Assembly (NCBI GenBank): GCA_965223905.1
Contig: CBDCXV010000010.1
Span: 1,088,001-1,152,000 of the forward strand
Length of the DNA stretch: 64,000 nucleotides
DNA from: Candidatus Latescibacterota bacterium
GTDB taxonomy: Bacteria; Latescibacterota; UBA2968; UBA8231
Reading direction: 5' to 3'
How positions within the stretch are numbered: position 1 is the stretch's first letter; each line of letters begins with the position of its first letter. The notes under the pieces were generated by a model. It made no database searches and had not been told where the DNA came from. It saw only the letters and a program-made list of their open reading frames with translations. Positions 27,884 through 38,268 of this stretch are shown in pieces. A program made the translations under genes and the position numbers.

Positions 27884-29839
27884 TTGCACCGTGTGAGCCT
27901 TTCCCTCCCGTTGGCACCTACTTTCCGCGCCCTCTTCGTGGGTACGCTGGGCGCTCTGGCCATCGGCGTCGGGGTGCCTTACGGCAACATGGTGTTGAGC
28001 GGCTCCCGGTTTGCCTCCTACTACAACACGCCGGCCGCCATCATCCTGTTCTTTTTCCTCGTCTTGTTTCTCAACTCCGTGTTGGGGCTGATTCGCCGCA
28101 CCTGGATGCTGAACCGCGCCGAATTGGCCTTGGTCTATGTGATGTGGATCGTCGCCACCGCCATTCCCGAAAAGGGACTGGTCTCTTTTCTGCTGCCGGA
28201 CATCACCAGTGTCATCTACTATGCAACACCCGAGAATCGTTGGGACGAAACGCTTCTGCCCGTTATCCCCGACTGGATCATCCCCCACCACGACTTCGTG
28301 CGCATCCAGCACTTTTATGAGGGCGCTCCAGCGGGCCGGGGTGTGCCCTGGATGCTATGGCTGCCGCCTCTGGCCTATTGGATCTCCTTTGTCCTGGCCC
28401 TTTACCTGGCGATGATCTCCATCATGGTCATCCTGCGCAAACGGTGGATCGAAAACGAACGTCTCGCCTTTCCCCTTGCCCAGCTCGCGATAGCCGTAAT
28501 CCAGGAGGACGATGGCGGGAAAAGCCTCATCCGGCCCTTCTTCAAGAGCTGGATCATGTGGCTCGGTTTCGCCGTCCCGGCCGTCCTCCAGAGCATTAAC
28601 GGGCTCCATCACTATTTTGCCGTGATTCCACGGGTCGACATTGGCACGGTCATTGGCCTGTTCCGCAACAGCGTACACCTGGAGCTCTACCTGAGTTTTC
28701 AGCTCCTCGGTTTTTCCTATTTCATCAAACCCGGTGTCGCTATTGCCCTGTGCGTTTTTGGACTTGTCAATGTCATCCAACGGGGGCTCTTGCTCATGCT
28801 CGGTTTCGGCGGGATGGATCCCGTCCTCGGCGCTTTCAGCTCCTATTCGAGTCCGCTCATCGTCCATCAGGGATTTGGCGCGATGCTGGTGTTGGTGCTT
28901 TTCGGCCTCTGGACCGCTCGAGGCCACCTGCGCCAGGTATTCAGAAAGGCCTTGAAGGGGGACGAATCGGTCGACGACTCGGCCGAGATCCTTTCCTACA
29001 GAGCCGCCGTTTTCATGCTCTTGGGCAGCCTGACCCTGATGGGCGTATGGCTGTGGAAATCGGGGCTGCCTGGTTGGATCGTACCGATCTACCTCTTCCT
29101 CGTCTTCGTCGTCTTCATCGGCCTCACCCGGATCGTCTCAGAAGGCGGATTGGTCTACGTTTTCGCACCGATGATCGCCTCCGATTTCGTGGCTGCCAAT
29201 TTTGGTACCCGCGCGTTGGGAGCTTCCGGGATCATCTCCCTCGCCTTCACCTACACGTGGGCCAGCGACATGCTCACCTTTGTGATGGCCTCCTGTGCCA
29301 ACGGGCTCAAAGTGGTGGAAGAGACCATTCAGAAAGGGCGGCGGCTCATTTTCTGGAGCATGCTGATCGCGATCGTCGTCTCCCTTTTCAGCTCCATCTA
29401 CACCGTCCTCGATCTGGCCTACCGCTACGGCGGCGTCAATACCGATTGGGGGCATTTCGTCAAGCACGCCAACTATCCCTTTGACAACGCCGCCGAGCGG
29501 ATAGAGTCTCTTGTGGGTCCCAACTGGACGAACTGGGGCTATACCGCCAGCGGCATCATCATCATGACCTTGCTCATGACAGCCCAGCAGCGTTTCGCCT
29601 GGTGGCCCCTCCACCCCCTCGGTTTCCCTATCAGCGGAGTGTCCACCTATATCCTCTTCAGCGTCTTCCTGGCGTGGCTGATCAAGACCGTCGTGTTGAA
29701 ATACGGCGGCCCCCCTCTCTACGTGAAAACGCGTCCCTTCTTCCTCGGCTTGATCCTCGGCCAGTTTGTCTCCGCCGCCGTCTGGTACGTCATTGATTAC
29801 CTCACCGGAACCAGGGGCAATCATGTGATGTTTGTATAA
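27884..29839 (+). CDS. DUF6785/DUF6784 polytopic membrane protein (putative transporter)
   Basis: Many TM helices; WIENERLAFPLAQL, WWPLHPLGF, LKYGG and RPFFLGLILG motifs. Confidence 0.8.
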   Translation: MHRVSLSLPLAPTFRALFVGTLGALAIGVGVPYGNMVLSGSRFASYYNTPAAIILFFFLVLFLNSVLGLIRRTWMLNRAELALVYVMWIVATAIPEKGLVSFLLPDITSVIYYATPENRWDETLLPVIPDWIIPHHDFVRIQHFYEGAPAGRGVPWMLWLPPLAYWISFVLALYLAMISIMVILRKRWIENERLAFPLAQLAIAVIQEDDGGKSLIRPFFKSWIMWLGFAVPAVLQSINGLHHYFAVIPRVDIGTVIGLFRNSVHLELYLSFQLLGFSYFIKPGVAIALCVFGLVNVIQRGLLLMLGFGGMDPVLGAFSSYSSPLIVHQGFGAMLVLVLFGLWTARGHLRQVFRKALKGDESVDDSAEILSYRAAVFMLLGSLTLMGVWLWKSGLPGWIVPIYLFLVFVVFIGLTRIVSEGGLVYVFAPMIASDFVAANFGTRALGASGIISLAFTYTWASDMLTFVMASCANGLKVVEETIQKGRRLIFWSMLIAIVVSLFSSIYTVLDLAYRYGGVNTDWGHFVKHANYPFDNAAERIESLVGPNWTNWGYTASGIIIMTLLMTAQQRFAWWPLHPLGFPISGVSTYILFSVFLAWLIKTVVLKYGGPPLYVKTRPFFLGLILGQFVSAAVWYVIDYLTGTRGNHVMFV

Positions 29840-29898
29840 TTCTACCTCAGCGCGGCGTAGAAAACTGCCCCGCCAGCCATAGCCGCAGGAGGTGTAGA

Positions 29899-32205
29899 AT
29901 GTCGAAGGAACTCAAGCTGCACAACGCCAACTATGATGTCGTTGCCTATGATCCGGCCGCCAAACTCGTGCGCGTGAACATAGATCTATATCAGGTAGCT
30001 CTCGACCAGAACAAGCCGCCTTCGGGTATTCTGTCCGGGTGCAAGGTCATCAACCTGACGAAGCACAAGGAGGTCCCCCATCGAGTTTACTACACCAATG
30101 ATCTGCAGTACGAGACGGAACAGGTATCGTGGCGACCGGAGGAAGGCGACGAATATCGCATAGAAATATCCGCCGAAGAAGACACGACGGCGAGCCTGTT
30201 TCCCGCTGTCGGCGCAGGTGAACCCTTGATGCTTGAAGAGGGGCCCCTGGATCTGGGCGCCTGCCATCCGCACCACACTGTCGCTGACTGGGATGGCGAC
30301 GGCAGACAGGACCTGCTCGTCGGCATTTCCGGAGAAGCGGGATACGTGTATTTCCTCCGTAATACGGCGGACGACGACAACCCGGCATTCCAGGCGGGTG
30401 TTCGGCTGAGAGCGGATGGGAAAGTCATAAAAGCCGCCGACGAGCAGAGGAAAGTTGGCATCACCCAACCGTGGGCAGGCGATTGGGACGACGACGGCCT
30501 TTTGGATTTGCTCGTATTGTGCGGGGCGAAAGGCGACGACTTCGAAAGCAGAATCACGTTCTACAAGAACGTCGGCAGCACGGGAAACCCACTCCTCAAG
30601 GACATGGGTCCGCTCCTGAACGAAAGAGGAGAACCTCTTGTGCTCAGTAGTGGAGCGCCCGGCTTCTACAACTGTTTCCATCCCACAGACTGGACGCGGA
30701 ATGGGACGAATGATATTCTGGCCGTGATCCCTGACGAGCAGTTTCACGGCGAGAAGCAACTTGTGCTTTTCGAGAACGTGGGCACGAGTGCGGTCCCCCG
30801 GTTCCGCCAGAACCCCGTACCGATAACCACCAAGAGCGGGAATGGGATCAGCTTTCGAGGCCTGATCGACGCCTTCCTGCCCGTGGACTGGATCAGGGAG
30901 GGCTTCACCGACATACTTCTGGCCACCTGCATGCACTACCGCACGATCTTTCTGTATGAAAATGCGGCAAAGAGCACGGAGGAACGGCCCGTTCTCCTGG
31001 ACAGCGGCCCCAGCCCGAAGTCTGGCAGCCCCGCAGCACCGGCGCCAGACGAATTCCAGACCGATTATCCCGCTCCAGCGCTGATGTTGCAGAACGGCGA
31101 AGAAGCCCGTCTGTGCGATGTCTCTCCACAGATATCCTCCATACAGGCCGTCCGTTGGGGACCCTCCTCCAAAAGAGAACTGATCGTCGCCACAAACGAG
31201 GGGTACCTGTGTCGCTTCAGAAACCTGTCCGCTTCAGACCAGAAGCCGGCCCTTGACAAGCCGGAAGCGATCAGAAGCAGGAATCCGGCGATATTCGTGG
31301 GTGCCTTCGCCGTCCCTGCATGCGCGGATTGGAATAACGACGGCAAACCTGACATGATCGTAGGCAGTGAATGGGGCGAGCTGCATTACTTCGAGAACGA
31401 CGGAACGCTCGAAAATCCCATGTTCGTCGAAAGGGGAAAAGTCTGCGCGGGCGGCGAGGTTATAAGGTATCCGGGGTGCTACAAACAGATTCTCGAGAAT
31501 TCGAACGGCTACAGCTCACCTATTGCCGTGGACCTGGACAGGGACGGCCTGATTGATTTGGTCGTATCAGAGAGCAGAGGGTATTTCAACTTCTATAGAA
31601 ACATCGGAACACCGGAGAAGGCCGTCTTCGACCAGAGCAGAAGGTTGTACCTCGGCGGGGAGGTGCTCCACAGTCCCTGGCGAGTCATGCCGGCGTTTTT
31701 CAACAACGATGGTGAAGACTTCACGAGCATGATCGCCAAAGAGGCGGACGGCACGTTTTACCTTTACATGAACAGTGAGGAGGACATCCTCACTTTCACC
31801 AAGGCTCGCTCACTTAGAATGGAGAGCGGACAGGCCCTCACCGACAACATGTATGGCAGAACCAGAATTGCCATGGTGGATTGGGATGGTGATGGCATCT
31901 GTGATCTGGTTCTGGGCACACACGGCCACCGGTTGATCATCCAGGGAGATAGCTACAGGCTGGAGACCGTGGGCGGCGGCGGCCAAGGCGCCGGGCTGAT
32001 TCGCTTTGAGAACACGGGGACCAATGCCGAACCGCTCTTCAAGCTCCCACGGGAGATGAGGTTCGGTGACGATATCCTGAAGCGCGGGATGGGACATGCC
32101 GTGAACCCCAGCTTTACCAACTGGTTTGGCCGCGAAAAAAACGACATGCTGCTGGGAACGGAGGACGGGCGAGTTTACCTCTACAGGCGGGAGCTTCTGT
32201 CGTAA
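29899..32205 (+). CDS. FG-GAP/VCBS repeat beta-propeller protein
   Basis: Repeated DWDGDGxxDL(L/V)VG...Y(F/Y)xNxG motifs; AGGAGG RBS; no evident signal peptide. Confidence 0.85.
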   Translation: MSKELKLHNANYDVVAYDPAAKLVRVNIDLYQVALDQNKPPSGILSGCKVINLTKHKEVPHRVYYTNDLQYETEQVSWRPEEGDEYRIEISAEEDTTASLFPAVGAGEPLMLEEGPLDLGACHPHHTVADWDGDGRQDLLVGISGEAGYVYFLRNTADDDNPAFQAGVRLRADGKVIKAADEQRKVGITQPWAGDWDDDGLLDLLVLCGAKGDDFESRITFYKNVGSTGNPLLKDMGPLLNERGEPLVLSSGAPGFYNCFHPTDWTRNGTNDILAVIPDEQFHGEKQLVLFENVGTSAVPRFRQNPVPITTKSGNGISFRGLIDAFLPVDWIREGFTDILLATCMHYRTIFLYENAAKSTEERPVLLDSGPSPKSGSPAAPAPDEFQTDYPAPALMLQNGEEARLCDVSPQISSIQAVRWGPSSKRELIVATNEGYLCRFRNLSASDQKPALDKPEAIRSRNPAIFVGAFAVPACADWNNDGKPDMIVGSEWGELHYFENDGTLENPMFVERGKVCAGGEVIRYPGCYKQILENSNGYSSPIAVDLDRDGLIDLVVSESRGYFNFYRNIGTPEKAVFDQSRRLYLGGEVLHSPWRVMPAFFNNDGEDFTSMIAKEADGTFYLYMNSEEDILTFTKARSLRMESGQALTDNMYGRTRIAMVDWDGDGICDLVLGTHGHRLIIQGDSYRLETVGGGGQGAGLIRFENTGTNAEPLFKLPREMRFGDDILKRGMGHAVNPSFTNWFGREKNDMLLGTEDGRVYLYRRELLS

Positions 32206-32255
32206 CTACTCGGACAACCAGTCGGTGAACTCCCTGCTGCCGGCGCGACGGGGAG

Positions 32256-34994
32256 TTATTCTTGAGTTCTTTGTTGCCGTTCATCGAAAAAGCGCCGCAC
32301 TTCCTTCGCAGGCAACTGAGAAAGAAGAGTTTTCCTGTAAGCGACTAGCCGGTGCATGATATTTCGCAAGGATGGAGTTGCCGGCAGGTGCTCCAAAGCC
32401 ACTTTCCCGTGCTGGATCGCATCGTCCACTTTCTTCAATTCCGTTGCCGATGTTGCATACCTGTCGATCGAGAAATAACGGCCCAACACTTCGGACCACA
32501 ACTGGGAGACCCGGCCGTACTTGTCGAACAAGTCGGATTCTTCCTCCTGGAGATTGACGACAAACCGCCGAAAGTCAACAGGCCGGAATGGGAGCGCGTC
32601 CAACAGGTTATTGTCTCCCAGTTGGCTGTACTGGTGGAAACCGAACGCGGTGAAGAACTCGAGGATTGGCCGGTCATCGGTGTGCACGGGGACTTCGCCG
32701 ACGTAATCCCGCACTCCGTCCTCATCCAACAGCAGGAAGTGCACGAACTGAAACGGATGCGTGATGTTCACGTCCTTCAGGTCCGCACTAATACTCGAAT
32801 TGTCAAACCCCTCCCGCAGGCGGTCGAGGTCGATCTCGAGCCGCCCGGGCGTCGCCACGAAGATGGAAAAGGTGGTGAAATCGTGGTTCATCGTCCACAC
32901 GCTCGGGTGCTCGAACACATCCGCAAACGTATGTAGCAGGATCTTGAACTCGGCTTCGCTGAGCTGTACATGCGGCGTCCAGGCACAGGCAATTCCCCCG
33001 CTGGCCAGCCGCGATTTCATGAGCACGAAATACTCCCGCGTATACAGATTGCCGTTCTGCTTGTATTGCAGGTTGGTCACGTCCGTCGAGATCACATCGT
33101 AGCGCTCGTCGGTTATGTGTAGATGATTGCGCGCGTCGTTCAGGATCAACCGGAAGCTGGGTTGCCGCAGGGCGTTGGTGTTCTGATGAAAAAACAGGGA
33201 GGCGGCGCGCACCACCTCGGGCTCAATTTCCGCACAGTCCGTTTCAATCTCGTGCAGCGTCATCGACCGCGAGGTCCCGCCGCTTCCAAAACCGACGGTC
33301 AAGGCCCGTTTGGGGTCTGGATGCAGCAGCAGCGGCAGATGGGCGAGCATTTTTGAATCGATCCGGTTGCTGAGCGAGGAGGCGGCCACGGCCTGGTCGT
33401 CGACGTACAGGGTAGTCCAGGAGGACTTGCTTCCGGACCTTGTGGAACGTTTGGCCATGACCGTTCCCGAGCGGCCGGCCTTGTACAGCAACAGCGTGGT
33501 AGCTCTGCTTGAGTCGCTTCGAGCCGGCACAATCCAGTTCCCATCTCGAAAGATTACATGGCTGTTTTTCAAGAAAGGATGGCCGTGGACGCCGTAGATG
33601 ACAGCACCAACTGCTAGCAAGGCGGAACAAGCCACCCAAACGAATCTTCCGCGAATAGGATCGTCTCTTCCGGCCAGCAGTGTGAGGCCAGCCAACAGGC
33701 AACTCGCGCAGCACAAAGACCCCAGGCTGCCAACCAGGCCCAGCAGTGGAATGAGAAAGAAACCCAGAAGCACCACCCCTGACATGGATCCCAGAGTGCC
33801 GATAAAGTAGTACCGGCCACTCTGCTCAGCAGTGGACTCCTTGCGCGGGATCAACACCTGGCAGAGCGCCGGATAGGCCAGGCCCATGAACACGGTCGGC
33901 AAAAAGACCATCGCCAGGGAAAAAGAGGCTTCGACACCCGTTAACATGGCCGGCGTCAGAGCCTCTCGTTTTGCCGGGATATCGATGAAAACTCTTTTCA
34001 TTGCCGGAAACGAGTATACCACAGGTAACGTGGCAAGAATTGTGAGCGCGGTTCCCAGATTGGAGACCACGAATACGGTCAACCCCTTTACCCGTCGCGC
34101 CAGCAACGGAAACAGCAGAATGCTGCCAGTAGAAAAACCCAGCAGGTACGTTGAGAGGAGGAGCGTGAAGGTGATAAGACTGTTGGTGGTGTAGATGGCG
34201 AGGATCCGGAACCAGAGGATTTCGTAACCCAGGGCAAGGGTTCCGGCGAAAAAATAGATGATGACCAGCGTCTTCGGAGACGGAAACGGTTCCATGCCGT
34301 TTTGGCTTTCCCGTGTTCCCGAGCCGGTGGCTTGTACCGCGCTGTCACGGCTCGGCCAGGCGTTGGACAAGGTGATCAACACCACCACACCGTTTACACA
34401 ACCAGCCAAATACAGGCTGGTCTGCACTCCCAATTCGCGGATCAGGACAAAACCCGTGGCCAGGCAGCCCAGCACTGCCCCAATCGTGTTGATGCCGTAT
34501 GCCAGCGCAACTCCGCGTCCGACGCCGCAGCCCTGTTCCACCAGGAGCCGGTTCATGGCCGGAATCGTGGCGCCCATCCCCAGCGTGGCCGGCAGGACGA
34601 CGATGATGGAAAGGACAAACCGGTAAAACAGGGACAGCAGCGGACCGGCCTCACTTCCCTGAAACAAGTGCAGGTAGACCTGGTCCGTTGCCGCCAGTAA
34701 GACGGGTACCGCCAGCGCCCATACTGCTATCCAAAGCTCCACCCAGCCGTAAAAGGCGAGGGTGTTATTGATACGTTTCAGCAATCTGCCGCCGAAGTAG
34801 CTGCCGAATGCGATACCGCAGAAGAATGCGGTCAGAATGGCAGTCGTGGCCGGGGCGCTGGCGCCGAATACCAGTATCATCTTTCGCTGCCACAAGGTCT
34901 CATAAATGAGAGCGCTGCAGCCGGACAGGAAGAACAACAGCACCAGCAATCTGGAAGAGAAGATTTTCCGCGGATCCTTTTTGACTATATCCAT
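32256..34994 (-). CDS. Fused multi-TM / spermidine-synthase-like methyltransferase
   Basis: FFLSGCSALIYETLW and MGATIP TM repeats; VGFGSGGT, AEIEPEVV, NDARNHL, YDVISTD and NLYTREYF motifs. Confidence 0.88.
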   Translation of the reverse strand: MDIVKKDPRKIFSSRLLVLLFFLSGCSALIYETLWQRKMILVFGASAPATTAILTAFFCGIAFGSYFGGRLLKRINNTLAFYGWVELWIAVWALAVPVLLAATDQVYLHLFQGSEAGPLLSLFYRFVLSIIVVLPATLGMGATIPAMNRLLVEQGCGVGRGVALAYGINTIGAVLGCLATGFVLIRELGVQTSLYLAGCVNGVVVLITLSNAWPSRDSAVQATGSGTRESQNGMEPFPSPKTLVIIYFFAGTLALGYEILWFRILAIYTTNSLITFTLLLSTYLLGFSTGSILLFPLLARRVKGLTVFVVSNLGTALTILATLPVVYSFPAMKRVFIDIPAKREALTPAMLTGVEASFSLAMVFLPTVFMGLAYPALCQVLIPRKESTAEQSGRYYFIGTLGSMSGVVLLGFFLIPLLGLVGSLGSLCCASCLLAGLTLLAGRDDPIRGRFVWVACSALLAVGAVIYGVHGHPFLKNSHVIFRDGNWIVPARSDSSRATTLLLYKAGRSGTVMAKRSTRSGSKSSWTTLYVDDQAVAASSLSNRIDSKMLAHLPLLLHPDPKRALTVGFGSGGTSRSMTLHEIETDCAEIEPEVVRAASLFFHQNTNALRQPSFRLILNDARNHLHITDERYDVISTDVTNLQYKQNGNLYTREYFVLMKSRLASGGIACAWTPHVQLSEAEFKILLHTFADVFEHPSVWTMNHDFTTFSIFVATPGRLEIDLDRLREGFDNSSISADLKDVNITHPFQFVHFLLLDEDGVRDYVGEVPVHTDDRPILEFFTAFGFHQYSQLGDNNLLDALPFRPVDFRRFVVNLQEEESDLFDKYGRVSQLWSEVLGRYFSIDRYATSATELKKVDDAIQHGKVALEHLPATPSLRNIMHRLVAYRKTLLSQLPAKEVRRFFDERQQRTQE

Positions 34995-35026
34995 GCTATT
35001 GGGACATATCGCCTGAGCTTACGAAA

Positions 35027-37213
35027 TCAATATACCACGGAGAGAGTGCCGATTTGCGCGTCGTCCGTGGCGGCGTCCAGCGCCAGTCGGTACACGTAGG
35101 TCCCGGGGGCGACGAGCCGTCCGGAGCGGTCCCGACCGTCCCACCTGAAATCATCCTGACCGCTTCTGGACAGATTGGGTGGGAGCTCTCTGATCCGCGT
35201 GCCGGCGAGGTCGAAGATCACCAGCGATATCGGGCGGTCCACCGTTACGTCGCGCAGCCCGTACGAAATGTTGGCCGTGTCATTGATGCCATCTCCGTTC
35301 GGCGTGAAGGGATTGGGGAACACACCGATCCCCACCAACAGGTCGCCACCCACGGGGGTCGTCACGCTCAGGGTGTTGCTGGAAAACCGGTAGGTCGCAT
35401 CTCCCGGTTCGACCTGCTGTTTGACCTGGGCAGGATTGCCACTGTTGTACACCCATCCTCTGAATTCGGTGCCGAAGCGCAGCACCGCAATGTTGAAGCC
35501 GACCTCGATCCGCTTGGCACTGTCTCCTTTCCCCTTGAGCCGGGGAAAATGGATGACGATCCGGTCATTCAGTATGTCTGGCGGGTAACCCGTCGTGGCG
35601 TCAGGGTCCGTGTAGGCTCCCAGGTCTACCGCCACACCGTCCACCTCAACCGAGCGAACCGTGTCGACGCGCGCATGAGTGAGGATTTCCAGGCGATCGA
35701 AGCCCAGATTCTCATCCAAAAAAGTGGGACGCACGACGTAGGAGAAAGTCGTCGGTGAGAAGGAGTCCACCTCGGAGGGCCAGATCTCACCCGTGATCTT
35801 CTCCGCTGCGAAATCCGGCGATAGCTGTAGCGTTAGTTCATCGAGCCGCGGCGCGGCGTTGGCCGTAGCGAAGAGCTCGATCTCGATCTGCATGTACCGG
35901 CTCGACCCCAGAGAGAGAAGAGGCGTGCCGTCTGTCCAGTCTTCGGGGGCCTGGGTGCGGTCGCGCAGACCCGCCTCGAACTCATAGGGCGGCGACCACG
36001 AGCCCCAGTTGTCAATATCCTCGACCCGGACAGCTTCGGCTTGCATGACATTGGCAGTCCCTTCCCCCGACCCAAAAGACGATGTAGCGGTAATTTGGTC
36101 GTATTCCTTCTTGGAGACAGGGACGGGGTTGTCGTTTGGGTCTGATTTGAAATACAGTCTTGGATCCGGCGTGTTCCCCGCACGGGTGCGGATCTGCACC
36201 CGCGTTCCTTTCGGCATGTCGCCACTCCAGCGAATCTTGCCCCAATTGACCTTGGTCCCGAAGTCCACGATGCGGGATAGGAAGGCGGTTTCTCTGACAA
36301 ATCCCTCGCCGTACACCTCGAACTCGGCGATCTCCCAACCGCGTTGGGTGAGTACCCTCAACGTGAGAAAGCGGATGGACTGGGTCGGGAAGCGCAGGTC
36401 CACGACCACATCCTCGCCTTCCGTCTCGAGGCGCAGCACTGTTGGCAGGAAGGCCTTGTGGCTGTATGTCCAGATTCTCTCAGGATTCGGCTCGCAGGGG
36501 CCGCTGCGCTTCAGGGGATACGAGCTGTCGGCGACGCGGATTTCGTATTGGTCTACGAAATTGTCGGCAAAGCTCACCTTGCCGAAGGCCTCCTCTGGTG
36601 GTTTGGGATCCGCCAAACTCCGGATATACAGAAGACCGTCCTCGCTGCCGAGACGGGGATAGAAGCGGATGCGGTTGATCGGCAGATCTGCGCCCAGATC
36701 GATGACGGTCGGTGCCCCGTTCAGGTCGAAGCCGGCTGCCTGGGGATTGAGGAAAAACGCAGTCGCCGGATCTCCGTCGAACATCGGCTTGACCAACTTC
36801 CGGAACCCGTATTCGCGGCCGCAGTCTCGCGAAAACCAGACGTCCCCTCCAGTAAACGGCAGGGGAATCGTGTTTTCGGATGACTGGGGATCGGCCAGCG
36901 TCAGGTTGACCGTTGGGTCTAGAAACCGCGGTCTAAGGAAGCGGATTTTGCGGCCGCCGATGGTGGTGTCCGCGAAATCGACCATCGACTCCTCGCCGCC
37001 ACCGTATGGCGTGGTGATCACCGGAACCGCCCCCTCCAGATTCCCCTGTGCATCGAAGAGCTGGTACACCCCGGCATCCTCGGACAGGGCGACCTGCCAG
37101 GGGTTGCCATCCTCACCCCCAAGTCGGTACTCCGTTCCACCCGGCGCATCGGAGGCGCTCAGCAACAGACCGCCCAACCACAGCGCTGAGGATCGTCTGA
37201 TAAGCCGAGTCAT
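35027..37213 (-). CDS. Secreted protein with discoidin-like domain and C-terminal FlgD-Ig/T9SS-type domain (paralog 1)
   Basis: Signal peptide; MFDGD...IDLG...IRFYPR; PNPFTPNGDGIND...WDGRD...GTYVY...SVVY. The start is taken at MTRLIRR. Confidence 0.8.
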   Translation of the reverse strand: MTRLIRRSSALWLGGLLLSASDAPGGTEYRLGGEDGNPWQVALSEDAGVYQLFDAQGNLEGAVPVITTPYGGGEESMVDFADTTIGGRKIRFLRPRFLDPTVNLTLADPQSSENTIPLPFTGGDVWFSRDCGREYGFRKLVKPMFDGDPATAFFLNPQAAGFDLNGAPTVIDLGADLPINRIRFYPRLGSEDGLLYIRSLADPKPPEEAFGKVSFADNFVDQYEIRVADSSYPLKRSGPCEPNPERIWTYSHKAFLPTVLRLETEGEDVVVDLRFPTQSIRFLTLRVLTQRGWEIAEFEVYGEGFVRETAFLSRIVDFGTKVNWGKIRWSGDMPKGTRVQIRTRAGNTPDPRLYFKSDPNDNPVPVSKKEYDQITATSSFGSGEGTANVMQAEAVRVEDIDNWGSWSPPYEFEAGLRDRTQAPEDWTDGTPLLSLGSSRYMQIEIELFATANAAPRLDELTLQLSPDFAAEKITGEIWPSEVDSFSPTTFSYVVRPTFLDENLGFDRLEILTHARVDTVRSVEVDGVAVDLGAYTDPDATTGYPPDILNDRIVIHFPRLKGKGDSAKRIEVGFNIAVLRFGTEFRGWVYNSGNPAQVKQQVEPGDATYRFSSNTLSVTTPVGGDLLVGIGVFPNPFTPNGDGINDTANISYGLRDVTVDRPISLVIFDLAGTRIRELPPNLSRSGQDDFRWDGRDRSGRLVAPGTYVYRLALDAATDDAQIGTLSVVY

Positions 37214-37275
37214 AGCTCTCTTTCCCTCCTGATTCCGACCCTTCGGGGCTGTGGCCTTGCACGCCATGACACGCC

Positions 37276-38268
37276 TTACCATTTCAGTACTTGCTCGATC
37301 TGCTTCTGCAGTTCGGTCTGCGCCACGGCGTGGATCTTCCGGGCTCGGTCCGTCCGGGCGAACTCCGCTACGTGACGCCGCGCCGCCCTCTCGTCTCCTG
37401 TCCGTTGGTAGACGTTCGCCAATGCCTGGTACACGTAGGGATCCTCCGGTGTCACCTCGAGGATTCTGCTCAGATGCTCAATGGCGGGGACGTACCGGCC
37501 CTGCCTCATCAGAAGCAACGCCAGACTCCAGCGAGCCCCGAGGTCATTCGGACTGTGCTCTACGGCTGAGCGCAGGTGCTTCTCCGCAAGATCCGTCCTC
37601 TCGGTCCGCCCCAATCGTACGGTCTCGCCGTCACCTTCTTCGAGCCTGATCAGCAGGTCCGCTATGCGGGTGCGGAGTTCCGGTTCTTGGGGGAACTCCT
37701 CCACCAAGGTTTTCCATTCTCCGATGGCGGCTTGCGTGTTGCCCAACCTCTGGTGCAGCCTGGCCAGCCGGTAGCGTACCGAACTCGAGTCCGGGGCCAT
37801 GGTCAGAGCGCGCCCGTAGGCCTCCGTCGCCGGTAACGGCCGGCCCGCCATCTCGTAGGCGTAGCCTAGTTGAGCCCACAGATCCGGCCACTGCGGCCGC
37901 CGGTCGGCGAGATCTTCAAAAACGGCTATGGCCTCGTCGTGGCGCTGCCTCCGGGCATAGGTCCTCGCCAGACGCAACCCGACCGACAGTGAATCCGGTT
38001 GACGAGCGAGAAATCTCCTGTACATCTCGATGGCCTCAGCCTGGTCCTGATCGTCGTACAACCTGGCCAGCCGCAACAAGGCCCCTTCGTGGTCTGCATG
38101 CCCTTCGAGGACCGACCGATACTCGCGGATGGCATGGGCCGTCATTCCTCGTCTTTCGTAGTCCTGACCGAGGCGGTAGTGCTGGCCGCCGTCCCTGAGT
38201 CGAAAAACAGCAGCCAGGCCTATCAGGCCGATCAGAATCGCCAGGACGGCGTAAGAGCGACGACGCAT
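37276..38268 (-). CDS. TPR-repeat protein with N-terminal membrane anchor
   Basis: N-terminal hydrophobic helix followed by serial TPR motifs. Confidence 0.85.
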   Translation of the reverse strand: MRRRSYAVLAILIGLIGLAAVFRLRDGGQHYRLGQDYERRGMTAHAIREYRSVLEGHADHEGALLRLARLYDDQDQAEAIEMYRRFLARQPDSLSVGLRLARTYARRQRHDEAIAVFEDLADRRPQWPDLWAQLGYAYEMAGRPLPATEAYGRALTMAPDSSSVRYRLARLHQRLGNTQAAIGEWKTLVEEFPQEPELRTRIADLLIRLEEGDGETVRLGRTERTDLAEKHLRSAVEHSPNDLGARWSLALLLMRQGRYVPAIEHLSRILEVTPEDPYVYQALANVYQRTGDERAARRHVAEFARTDRARKIHAVAQTELQKQIEQVLKW

